Part shown: one piece after another, positions 9,697 through 17,554 of the stretch
Layout of the letters: each line of letters opens with the position of its first letter
How positions within the stretch are numbered: the first letter of the stretch is position 1
Origin: a virus
Lineage: Duplodnaviria > Caudoviricetes
Strand: one strand, 5' to 3'
Length of the DNA stretch: 24,689 bases
Virus record (IMG/VR): IMGVR_UViG_3300010048_000039
Span: 1 to 24,689 of that record
The notes under the pieces: generated by a model
Database searches by the model: none
Seen by the model: only the letters and a program-made list of their open reading frames with translations
Told to the model about the DNA's origin: nothing
Made by a program: the position numbers and the translations under genes

Positions 9697-11240
9697 TACA
9701 GGTGCCTCGCCTTCACCTTGACGCGTTGTTGCCGCTCGATCTCATGCCAACTCATCCATGCAGGAGGCTGGTTAGGCACGCCCATAAACCGCGCCAACTT
9801 AGGACGCATGGACATCGCGTATTTCCACATGTCCATAGCATGATCATTGCGATCAACCGGCTTGTCAGTCGTCTCATCACTGCCGTCGCGTTGGAAGTAA
9901 TACTCAGTGATCTCATCCACGAACCAATGGCAGTTGTCACACACATACATGTGCGGTGACTCGAACCTGCCGGTAATCGGGTGCTCATGCAGCGCCTCGG
10001 GTGCAAGATATTGCCAATTCTTAGCAATGCCAGCAGCTATGTCATTATTTCCTCGCTGCATGTGTATGCCTTCTTCATCAAACAGCGCTGCAACCGTCTC
10101 GCCGACCGTACGACTATTGCCTGTCTTCCGCCTAAACACGTCAGGGTCCGCAAATACCATACCGAGTTCATTCGCGTCGATTCGATACTGAGCGCGTATC
10201 TCATGAATACGACGTGCTGCACTAGCCACGGTAAGCTCAGCAACACGGAATCCATCGAGCAGAAACACGTTTGCATCATCGTCGCAGAAGAACAATCCGT
10301 AACAACTGTGCCGAGATAATCCGTGATCGTATCCTTCAATCCATGTAGGTCGAAAACCGGATACTCGCAGTGTTCGCAGATACGATCGGACACTGTCATG
10401 CGACAGGATATGTATTGTCTCGTCGAATTGAGGATAGATGAGCCCAGATAGAGCACCCCATCGTCCAAACACAAAGCGATCTCGCATGCTTCCGGTGTAT
10501 GTTGCCAGCATGCCACGAATGTAGTCTTCGCCGACATTATCCACATTTTCATACGTGGACCCCTCGAACAACTCGATGAGCGGCGACGGCATGCCATTAA
10601 TCAACAACGGCTTACCAGCACCATCGACTTCGCACATCAACTTGTCAGTAACGACGCCGCGATGGAAATCATGCAGCGGCTTAATGATCTCACGATAACA
10701 CCAGTTGCGCGTCGGGTTCAGCGTAGCGATAAACCACTTCGGCCCCGTGCGTGGCATCGATCGATCATCGCCGACATACTCAGCACCACCGCGCAACCGG
10801 CCCATCAGGTCCATGAAGTCCTTATGCGAAAACTCAGGGTCCTCTAACTGATCAACCACGATCCAGTCATACGTAGCAGACAGCAGATTGCTTCTGCTCT
10901 CCTCAGTTTCCCTTCCACGCTGCGCAACATAACGAAAGTTGACAGTGCTACCGTTCTTCAACACCAGCGTGTTGTCGTCCCTCGATGGCATCCTCCTTAT
11001 CCAATGACCGGGGCACCATAACAGGAACTCGCGACGGATCGTGTCGTTCAGCTTTGGATAGGTTGAGCGTGCGATCAAGCCATTGCAGCCAGGATAATCC
11101 CTGCATAGCTTCAATGCCTTTATGCATGCAGCAGCGGTCTTCCCATTCCCATATCCACCACCGACGAACTGCACCTTCGACTTCGATCGATGAAACCGAT
11201 CGTGCATACCGCCTTCGATAATCTTATACCGACGCGACAT
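9696..11240 (-). CDS. terL: Terminase large subunit
   Basis: 514 aa. Walker A GGGYGNGKT, ARSTYPKL, Walker B WIVVDQLED, motif III ATLNP, nuclease acidic motifs IEGYDHG, ADPD and DRNDHAMD. Confidence 0.93.
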   Translation of the reverse strand: MSRRYKIIEGGMHDRFHRSKSKVQFVGGGYGNGKTAAACIKALKLCRDYPGCNGLIARSTYPKLNDTIRREFLLWCPGHWIRRMPSRDDNTLVLKNGSTVNFRYVAQRGRETEESRSNLLSATYDWIVVDQLEDPEFSHKDFMDLMGRLRGGAEYVGDDRSMPRTGPKWFIATLNPTRNWCYREIIKPLHDFHRGVVTDKLMCEVDGAGKPLLINGMPSPLIELFEGSTYENVDNVGEDYIRGMLATYTGSMRDRFVFGRWGALSGLIYPQFDETIHILSHDSVRSYLRTLRVSGFRPTWIEGYDHGLSRHSCYGLFFCDDDANVFLLDGFRVAELTVASAARRIHEIRAQYRIDANELGMVFADPDVFRRKTGNSRTVGETVAALFDEEGIHMQRGNNDIAAGIAKNWQYLAPEALHEHPITGRFESPHMYVCDNCHWFVDEITEYYFQRDGSDETTDKPVDRNDHAMDMWKYAMSMRPKLARFMGVPNQPPAWMSWHEIERQQRVKVKARHL

Positions 11241-11244
11241 CTAA

Positions 11245-11511
11245 TCAATCCATGTTCTTACCAACCTGCATCCAGCTTGCAGCCACCGCTGTGACATACT
11301 GCGCAGCGGCGGGCAACGGGATGATAGTCGGCGTAGACGCGGGAATGTTCCACGACTGACCACTGTCGAACGTATACGTCGTACCGCCTGGAACAGCCGC
11401 GTGCGTATGATAGAGATGTGCATTGGTGTTGCCTGCAACATCGATCATCAATGGCAATGCCGTCTGCACACCAGCACCAAGCGTGATCTGTTGACTAGCT
11501 ACGAACGCCAT
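11245..11511 (-). CDS. Small beta-rich hypothetical protein
   Basis: 88 aa, AAGGAG RBS, sits between TerS and TerL. Confidence 0.7.
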   Translation of the reverse strand: MAFVASQQITLGAGVQTALPLMIDVAGNTNAHLYHTHAAVPGGTTYTFDSGQSWNIPASTPTIIPLPAAAQYVTAVAASWMQVGKNMD

Positions 11512-12091
11512 CGTCTATCTCCTTGTCCGCTTCTACATCGATCGTTGGCATCTTCTCGTGCTCATCACGCTTGATTATCTCAATGACCAACCCGCCATCC
11601 ATACTATGCCGATGCTCAACAACGTCAGCAGGACGATGCCCGCTACGATCCAGAATATCACGCGCAGCAGCCATCCGGTCGGATCGCGTTCCAGCATCGA
11701 GCGCCTCTACAACTACAGTCGCGGCACGCTTTGCGTTCTTTGCAAACACATCGCGAACGACATCGGTCTCTTTATCCAACGCCGTGCGCACCATCGCGTC
11801 ATACATCTGCGAATACGCATCACTGTCCTTGATCCGCGCGATCTGATGCACGTTCATCTTAGTGACAATGTGGATCTCCTCATCATCGAGCCCATACAGC
11901 GAATAACACAGCACCGCAGCGATCGCATTCATCTGCTGAAACGGCGCGGGCAGATCACTTGCCTTCCTACGCACACGCGGAGGCGATACGCGCACCGGCT
12001 CGGGTGGACGCGGATCAATAACCTCGCCACCGGGATAAACGAGGCGCCCATCCGCTAACCGCAGCGGCTCATTGTGAGATGGCAAGCTCAT
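11495..12091 (-). CDS. terS: Terminase small subunit (putative)
   Basis: 198 aa with an HTH-like segment LYGLDDEEIHIVTKMNVHQIARIK and RMAAARDILDRSG, typical of TerS oligomerisation helices. Upstream of TerL. Confidence 0.65.
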   Translation of the reverse strand: MSLPSHNEPLRLADGRLVYPGGEVIDPRPPEPVRVSPPRVRRKASDLPAPFQQMNAIAAVLCYSLYGLDDEEIHIVTKMNVHQIARIKDSDAYSQMYDAMVRTALDKETDVVRDVFAKNAKRAATVVVEALDAGTRSDRMAAARDILDRSGHRPADVVEHRHSMDGGLVIEIIKRDEHEKMPTIDVEADKEIDDGVRS

Positions 12092-13047
12092 CGGAGGTTC
12101 AATGGCAAACGAGGACGCGGAGGTAACCGCATGGGGACATTGGCCGGATGCATGAGCGTAACCGATCCATTCGGCAAACGAACCAGCCCAGCAGCACGCA
12201 AAGCATCGTCAGACAACGTGCCAGTGTTCGTTGGCAGCATTTGCGGCACACCAACACGAGATTGTGCCGGTTGCGTCAACATATTCGGCGCCCCAGCGAT
12301 TGCAGCGTCAGTAGGCGATATCCCAGGCGGTAATCCACTCGCACCACGCATAACCGCGTATGGATCGCTAACATACGGCGGCATATCGATCGGTTGGGCA
12401 CCGGCGGGCGGTGCAATAGCGCGTTGCATCGCGTTTTCCATCGGTGACGGTGGTGGACCAGCGACTGCGGGTTGTGCGGACGCAATTCCACTCGGTGAGG
12501 GCAATAAATCATACCGATCACCGGTCACAGCGGGTTGCGGCACGTCAATCGTGCGTCCACTCGGTCCAGGCGGTACATTGCCAACAAATTCGCCTCCATC
12601 ACCGCCCCTAGAACCACCAAACTTGCCGCCAGCCCAATAACCGGCACCTGCCGCACTGCCACCGAGAATTGCCGACGCCAAACCAGCCAATGATGGCGGA
12701 ACACTACCAACATCGGGTTGCGCACTCGTATCGGTCGCGCCCTGATCAGGCGGAACTGCTCCTTTTGCCGGTGGAACGGGCGGAATTGGCAATGACTGCC
12801 CGCGCGACGGAGCTTGTTCCACTTTACCAGCGACATTACCCTTGCCACCGACACCAGGATCAGTTGATGGCTCATCTGACACCAATCCGGGAATGATATT
12901 CTGCCCTCGCGCTTGCGCATCGATCGCAGCCCTTATATTCGCACTGGTCAAAGGCAGTCCGCGACTGCGTAGATACGATTGTAGCATCACGGTCGGCGAC
13001 ATCGGGTCCTCATCGCCGCGCGTGGCTGGTGCGGGTGGTTGTGGCAT
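12088..13047 (-). CDS. Pro/Gly/Ala-rich hypothetical protein
   Basis: 319 aa, low complexity, coupled by TAATG and ATGA overlaps. Confidence 0.7.
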   Translation of the reverse strand: MPQPPAPATRGDEDPMSPTVMLQSYLRSRGLPLTSANIRAAIDAQARGQNIIPGLVSDEPSTDPGVGGKGNVAGKVEQAPSRGQSLPIPPVPPAKGAVPPDQGATDTSAQPDVGSVPPSLAGLASAILGGSAAGAGYWAGGKFGGSRGGDGGEFVGNVPPGPSGRTIDVPQPAVTGDRYDLLPSPSGIASAQPAVAGPPPSPMENAMQRAIAPPAGAQPIDMPPYVSDPYAVMRGASGLPPGISPTDAAIAGAPNMLTQPAQSRVGVPQMLPTNTGTLSDDALRAAGLVRLPNGSVTLMHPANVPMRLPPRPRLPLNLR

Positions 13048-13334
13048 TATCTCAAGCCCCTATTTGCCAAGATCGCATGCGCGATACCCGATGCAGCAGC
13101 GACATGATGCGCATCAGGTGGCATACCGCCTCGTTGCGGCATACCCGGCATGCCCCCGCTACCGGGACCGGGCAAACGCGGTGGCAAACCAGTGTTACCG
13201 CTACTATCGCGCGCTTCTTCACTCACCTGTTGACCAGGGTTCTGTGCGGGACGCGGTGCACGCGGCGGATTTGGCCGATTAGCATTCGGTTGCATACCCG
13301 CTTTAACTTCGGGACCGAAATCAGTGCGCGGCAT
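13047..13334 (-). CDS. Pro-rich hypothetical protein
   Basis: 95 aa, TGATG coupling, AGGAGG upstream. Confidence 0.7.
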   Translation of the reverse strand: MPRTDFGPEVKAGMQPNANRPNPPRAPRPAQNPGQQVSEEARDSSGNTGLPPRLPGPGSGGMPGMPQRGGMPPDAHHVAAASGIAHAILANRGLR

Positions 13335-13777
13335 CAGTAGCCTCCTACGTATTGCTGCTTCCCGCCACCACCATTACCTGACAAATCAGCCGGATAACTT
13401 GGCGGCCCAGGAACACGGCGCATCAATGCTTGAAAAGCCGCAAGATCAGCCGCAGTCGTTGCGCGGTTGACCAATGTTACGGTCTCGATCGTCTGCAAAC
13501 CGCCGGGTGCCCCGATCTGGCCCTGCACACGCGTCATCGTTCGTGTCGCAGTCGTACCGGGAGCCGCGCCGAGCAGTGTATACATCAACTGGAAGATGCC
13601 TTCGGTCATGGCACCATTGCGAAACATTTTCGCCAACCGGTCATCGCCTTGCGACACACCGTTGAACTGCACATAGCCACTTGTGGCTTGCTGATTTGCC
13701 GCACCGCTGCCCAGCGTGTTACTCAAACCCGTCCACGGGACTTGTCCTGGTGTGGTTTCAACACCATACGTCGCCAT
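13334..13777 (-). CDS. First gene of the late operon, possible virion protein
   Basis: Start reassigned to ATG 13777 (MATYGVETT..., 147 aa) because AAGGAG lies about 7 nt upstream. Gly/Thr/Ala-rich. Confidence 0.72.
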   Translation of the reverse strand: MATYGVETTPGQVPWTGLSNTLGSGAANQQATSGYVQFNGVSQGDDRLAKMFRNGAMTEGIFQLMYTLLGAAPGTTATRTMTRVQGQIGAPGGLQTIETVTLVNRATTAADLAAFQALMRRVPGPPSYPADLSGNGGGGKQQYVGGY

Positions 13778-13806
13778 CTTCATTCTCCTTATAAGCGATC
13801 CCACCG

Positions 13807-13835
13807 AGCATGACACAGCATACACACAAGTGCAA
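13807..13835 (-). promoter_or_regulatory. Candidate promoter of the late operon
   Basis: Minus strand TTGCAC-17 bp-CATGCT with TGn extension, about 30 nt upstream of ATG 13777. The -10 is weaker than in the early promoters. Confidence 0.35.
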
Positions 13836-13848
13836 CCATAATGGCCAC

Positions 13849-14295
13849 TTCTTGGACAAGAAGCACGAGTGCCGCTTATATATACATACATACGCGGGTA
13901 TATATACATACACATAGCATACGCAGGGGGACTATGGGGGACACCGGAGGCAAACCAAGTTATTATAGTGGTGCACGTGCAGTGCATACGACGATGTGCT
14001 GTGCCAGGGGTCCGTATCGATCAAGGTGCGCGCGCGCGTGTGAGCGCTAAATAGCCGGTTTTGGGAAACGGGCGGGGATTCTCGGGGGCGCTCGCGTATA
14101 CACAACGTGCACCGCGCGCGCGCATATCCGTAACGGAGGGTGACCGTGGTTACCGTATGATTGCGCACACGTATCGCAGTGGTGCAAAGCATGTCGATTG
14201 GGGTCGCCTGAACTAATCCACATCCCCGCGTCCCGCACGCTCATAACCAACGCAAACGACTGGTCACATGTGCATACGTGCTTCTAGTCCAAGAA
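13849..14295. repeat. Nested inverted-repeat element
   Basis: 19-bp IR with 18/19 identity (13849-13867 vs 14277-14295), 12-bp IR (14027-14038 vs 14113-14124) and 6-bp IR (14042-14047 vs 14088-14093), all centred near 14070. Confidence 0.7.
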
Positions 14296-14510
14296 CATGC
14301 ACAACACGGTAACGCGGCTGTAGCGAGGCTACATGCCCACATGCAAGCCCAGGTATACGGGTATAGACCACTAACATACGGCGCACAGCACGCTACAACG
14401 GGCGGCAACACGTATGTACTGTTTTAACTATTGTGCAGTATTTGAGGCTAAACACATCTGTGTTGATATGTGATATGTCGGTTAGGTATTACACAACCGA
14501 TAACACAAGC

Positions 14511-14540
14511 GGTAACCCGTTACTTGCACATATGTGCAAC
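14511..14540. promoter_or_regulatory. Operator-like 30-bp element, copy 1 (palindrome TTGCACATATGTGCAA 14524-14539)
   Basis: Perfect 16-bp palindrome; 25/30 identical to 17236-17265. Confidence 0.65.
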
Positions 14541-14584
14541 GCAGCGCAGTGCGATACAGCGAAAGCACGGATCGGTAATACCTA

Positions 14585-14613
14585 TTGACATACCCTACAG
14601 GGTACCGTATTAT
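14585..14613 (+). promoter_or_regulatory. Sigma70-type early promoter P1
   Basis: TTGACA (14585-14590), 17 bp, TATTAT (14608-14613). Confidence 0.85.
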
Positions 14614-14671
14614 GTATGGGTAATGACGGCATGAATGGTTCGTGACCGCATTACTAATGGAGTGTATGACT

Positions 14672-15709
14672 ATGACTCGCAAGCCTGGAGACGACAAGGC
14701 AACCGGAACTGCAAAGCAGAATGCTGCGAAGGTTGCGCCTGCATCTAAGGAAGACAAGATCGTGAACCTTGCGGTGCGCAATCTCGTGCCGCAGGTCAAT
14801 AAGACCTTCGCCGATATCCTTAACAACACTGCGGCCGAGAATAGCCTTAATCAACAGTTGGCTCGACTGATCCTCAAGCATCGTGAAGCAATGGTTGCTA
14901 GCGGTAGCAATATGAACCTGTCATGGACAGCGATGGTTTCGGATACTCGAGAGCTTACTGAGGCGGGCATAACGTATCGCGATCAAGTGATTGCCGACTT
15001 TCTGCCTAAGGTGTCGTCGCCGCCTAAGACCGACATGTCTAAGGAAAGCGCCGACAAGTACCGCGAGTATCGCAACAAGAACATGGCGATACAGCGTGCG
15101 TTCAAGCTTACAGTGGCGCATGGCTATTGCGGTGGATCGTCTGACGATTGGGATGAAGTCAAAGGCGTGCTAATCTCGAGCGCTGAGATTATCCGTCCCG
15201 TGCAAGCCAAGACTACGCCCGAGGCACAGCGTTGGAGATTTTGGTATGGCGCAGGCGGCAAGCAATCGCTTGACGGTTCCGCATGGCGCATGACGCGCAC
15301 TGATGAGCAAGGCAAGGAACAACCACTGTCCGGTCTGTGGTCAGTGTCTGCGGTTGTCACTAGGTTCTTCACCAAGCCTGCACACTTGAGCATCACGTCA
15401 CAGACCGGTGAAGCTGGCGACAAGGGCGCGGATGAAAACCGCACCGATCTAATCGACCCGGTTGTGCGTCGAAAGGTGTTGGCGACTGTTGACTTCTACT
15501 CAGCGCTCACCATTGCCAAGTCACGAATGGATGGCGACAAACAAGCATCGATCACGCTCGCAGAGTTTGATGGTCATCCTGAAGCTCTCGACGCAGTGCG
15601 TAGCTTCGCAATGCTATACGCGAAGCTACGCACTGAAATGGCCGCACGCACCGCAAGTGCCAATGCCGCCGTGCCGCCCAAGTCAACTGCCAAGGCTGCA
15701 AGCAAGTAA
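14672..15709 (+). CDS. Hypothetical early protein (monocistronic)
   Basis: 345 aa from ATG 14672 (GGAG 9 nt upstream). Has its own promoter and terminator. No recognised domain. Confidence 0.85.
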   Translation: MTRKPGDDKATGTAKQNAAKVAPASKEDKIVNLAVRNLVPQVNKTFADILNNTAAENSLNQQLARLILKHREAMVASGSNMNLSWTAMVSDTRELTEAGITYRDQVIADFLPKVSSPPKTDMSKESADKYREYRNKNMAIQRAFKLTVAHGYCGGSSDDWDEVKGVLISSAEIIRPVQAKTTPEAQRWRFWYGAGGKQSLDGSAWRMTRTDEQGKEQPLSGLWSVSAVVTRFFTKPAHLSITSQTGEAGDKGADENRTDLIDPVVRRKVLATVDFYSALTIAKSRMDGDKQASITLAEFDGHPEALDAVRSFAMLYAKLRTEMAARTASANAAVPPKSTAKAASK

Positions 15710-15757
15710 GACTGAGACAACGCGCGTTGTGGTAAAATCACAACGCGCGTTTAAAAC

Positions 15758-15789
15758 AACCCCGTGCCAGTGATGGCACGGGGTTTTTT
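15758..15789 (+). terminator. Rho-independent terminator (possibly bidirectional)
   Basis: AACCCCGTGCCA-GTGA-TGGCACGGGGTT followed by TTTT, with AAAAC on the left side. Confidence 0.9.
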
Positions 15790-15801
15790 GTTGTCTGCAA
15801 T

Positions 15802-15909
15802 CTAGCGCGGCGAAGCCACGAATATGTTCATCCATGCATGCATAGGCGAATATATCCACGCATGGTTAGCCTTGGCCTAATGCAGCGCGGCGAAGCCGCG
15901 AATATATTC
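15802..15909 (+). repeat. Two direct copies of a GNA-triloop hairpin element
   Basis: AGCGCGGCGAAGCCACGAATATGTTC (15804-15829) and AGCGCGGCGAAGCCGCGAATATATTC (15884-15909), 24/26 identical. Confidence 0.8.
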
Positions 15910-15933
15910 GTCAGCACTCGGTAGCACTCGGTA

Positions 15934-15989
15934 GCACACGCATGCGCACATACACATATGCACACGCGTGCGTGCGCGTGTGCATATAC
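15934..15989. repeat. 56-bp perfect purine-pyrimidine alternating tract containing a 13-bp hairpin
   Basis: 28 consecutive RY dinucleotides; stem 15956-15968 pairs with 15975-15987. Confidence 0.85.
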
Positions 15990-16141
15990 TCATCTCTCAT
16001 CTCATCTGGATTTCACCATATACTCATATGACTGTGCACTACATCATCGACACCTCCGTTTTACACATGCGTCGGTAAAATCGAAGCGCGCAACTATGCG
16101 TCGCCGATTTGCACCGTGTAAGCGCGACGCAAAATCGCATA

Positions 16142-16738
16142 CTATCTACCCTTTGGACCCGCAGAACCAGACGGCGGAAAATAACCCCAGCCATAATCAG
16201 GATGATAACCCCATCCACCATCAGGCGGTGGCGGCTTGCCAGCACCATCCGGCGGTGGCGGAACACTGTCAACCGGCGGTAATACAATCGGATGCGACGG
16301 CTGCCCTGGCGATGGCCAAATGGTAAGCGGTGGCTCAGCAGGCGGCGGCGGAATAACGATCGGATGCGACGGAGTACCCGGCCCCGGTGCTGGGAAACCA
16401 GGATAGCCACCAACGGGCGGAATACCACCGGGTGGCGATGGCCAAATTACCGGCGGCTGCATAGGCGGCTGCGGCGGTATATGAATAGGCGGTGTCGGCC
16501 ACGGACCGGGTGGACCACTGATTACCGGCGGATAGTAGATCGGTGGCGTCACAACACCCGCAGGCGGCCAGATACCCGGTGGTTGCGGCGGTTGCTGAGG
16601 CGGCAAATAAATCGGCGGCGTTGGCCACGGTCCAGGCGGCCCCCATATTCCAGGCGGTTGCCAAGGCGGCATGATGGGACCGCCACCGATCTCCGGCAAA
16701 TGCAGCTTACCAACGAATACAACATCAAGCACTGGCAT
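16142..16738 (-). CDS. Proline-rich repeat protein
   Basis: Start reassigned to ATG 16738 (MPVLDVVFVG..., 198 aa, AGGGGG upstream). Repeats of PPGIWP, PWPTPPI and PSHPIV(I/L)PP; C-terminal GGWGYHPDYGWGYFP. Confidence 0.8.
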   Translation of the reverse strand: MPVLDVVFVGKLHLPEIGGGPIMPPWQPPGIWGPPGPWPTPPIYLPPQQPPQPPGIWPPAGVVTPPIYYPPVISGPPGPWPTPPIHIPPQPPMQPPVIWPSPPGGIPPVGGYPGFPAPGPGTPSHPIVIPPPPAEPPLTIWPSPGQPSHPIVLPPVDSVPPPPDGAGKPPPPDGGWGYHPDYGWGYFPPSGSAGPKGR

Positions 16739-17019
16739 GATCTTCAGACCCCCTATTGAGTTTAGCACACTAACGGGAACGTTATAGTCGGCACGGCTCC
16801 GAAACGCCGCCAGCCTATACTGTTCTACGGTGCCGATCAAGCCGTGAAGTGGTGTTCTCGATAGGTTCATATATAGACGCTGTCTATGAATGGTGTATAT
16901 ACAACGGGCGCAATTAATTGTGCTCACACGGTGATACGCGGAACATATTATAGATCGTGCGTTACAACGCAGGATGTCAGTAGGTGTCAGGATATAATAT
17001 AACCAAATGGCAGGGGGTA

Positions 17020-17048
17020 TTGACATACCCCCCAGAGTGTGGTATTAT
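17020..17048 (+). promoter_or_regulatory. Sigma70-type early promoter P2
   Basis: TTGACA (17020-17025), 17 bp, TATTAT (17043-17048) with TGn extension. Confidence 0.85.
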
Positions 17049-17235
17049 GCATCATGACAGTTGACATATATGTTAGACTGTCAGGGTGGCAGGGTGGGGT
17101 AGTAGATACAGATATGTCGCGCTCGCGAGAGCGGGACGTAGCTGTATACGTATACGTGTATACGCATGTAATGCGTATACACGTTATACGTAGCACGTAT
17201 GTGCAACATACGTGGTAGTATGATATCGCAAATGT

Positions 17236-17265
17236 GGTAACTGGCTACTTGCACACGTGTGCAAC
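17236..17265. promoter_or_regulatory. Operator-like 30-bp element, copy 2 (palindrome TTGCACACGTGTGCAA 17249-17264)
   Basis: Perfect 16-bp palindrome directly before the GAGGAGG RBS. Confidence 0.65.
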
Positions 17266-17279
17266 AGAGGAGGCGTGCC

Positions 17280-17537
17280 TTGCGCGTACATCCGTCGATA
17301 ACCGCTGATCGTATATACGCACTGTGTATGCGACGACTGCGTGATTTGGACGATACTGGGGTTTGTCTAGCGTGTGGTGAAGAGCAATTCGGGTGTAAGC
17401 CAGATGCTAGACAATACAAGTGTGAGAACTGTGGACGCAATACTATATTCGGTCCAGAAGAAGTTCTCATATCGGGGTGGTATTACTTAGATGACAAGGA
17501 GGGCGATGGTAAAACAAAAGCGCACAATGACGAATAG
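17280..17537 (+). CDS. Small zinc-ribbon protein
   Basis: TTG start 6 nt after GAGGAGG. CLAC...PDARQYKCENC gives two CxxC motifs. Confidence 0.75.
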   Translation: MRVHPSITADRIYALCMRRLRDLDDTGVCLACGEEQFGCKPDARQYKCENCGRNTIFGPEEVLISGWYYLDDKEGDGKTKAHNDE

Positions 17538-17554
17538 AAATAAACAAATGGAGT

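Noticed and set aside
11-13813. Numerous plus-strand ORFs opposite the structural genes (e.g. 4880..5797, 12074..12640)
   Set aside because: These are antisense shadows of GC-rich coding sequence, with no recognisable motifs.
13778-13987. N-terminal extension of track ORF 13334..13987
   Set aside because: It runs through low-complexity RY sequence, and a strong AAGGAG RBS supports ATG 13777.
15802-15933. CRISPR mini-array (26-bp palindromic repeats, Cas4-like nuclease in the genome)
   Set aside because: There are only two direct copies with a 54-bp spacer and a third copy inverted 3.6 kb away. No cas operon is present, and the nuclease sits in a standard recombination module.
16739-17026. 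N-terminal extension of track ORF 16142..17026
   Set aside because: It crosses the promoter region and has no RBS. Composition changes abruptly at MPVLD (16738).
17061-17090. Additional promoter at TTGACA 17061
   Set aside because: There is no -10-like hexamer at 16-18 bp spacing, and the hexamer is part of a hairpin.
17084-17099. Second G-quadruplex motif GGGTGGCAGGGTGGGG
   Set aside because: It has only three runs of three or more G, so it is not canonical.
13790-17260. tRNA or known riboswitch/ribozyme in the intergenic regions
   Set aside because: I found no cloverleaf with T-loop consensus and no hammerhead or riboswitch core by eye. A covariance-model search is needed to exclude them fully.
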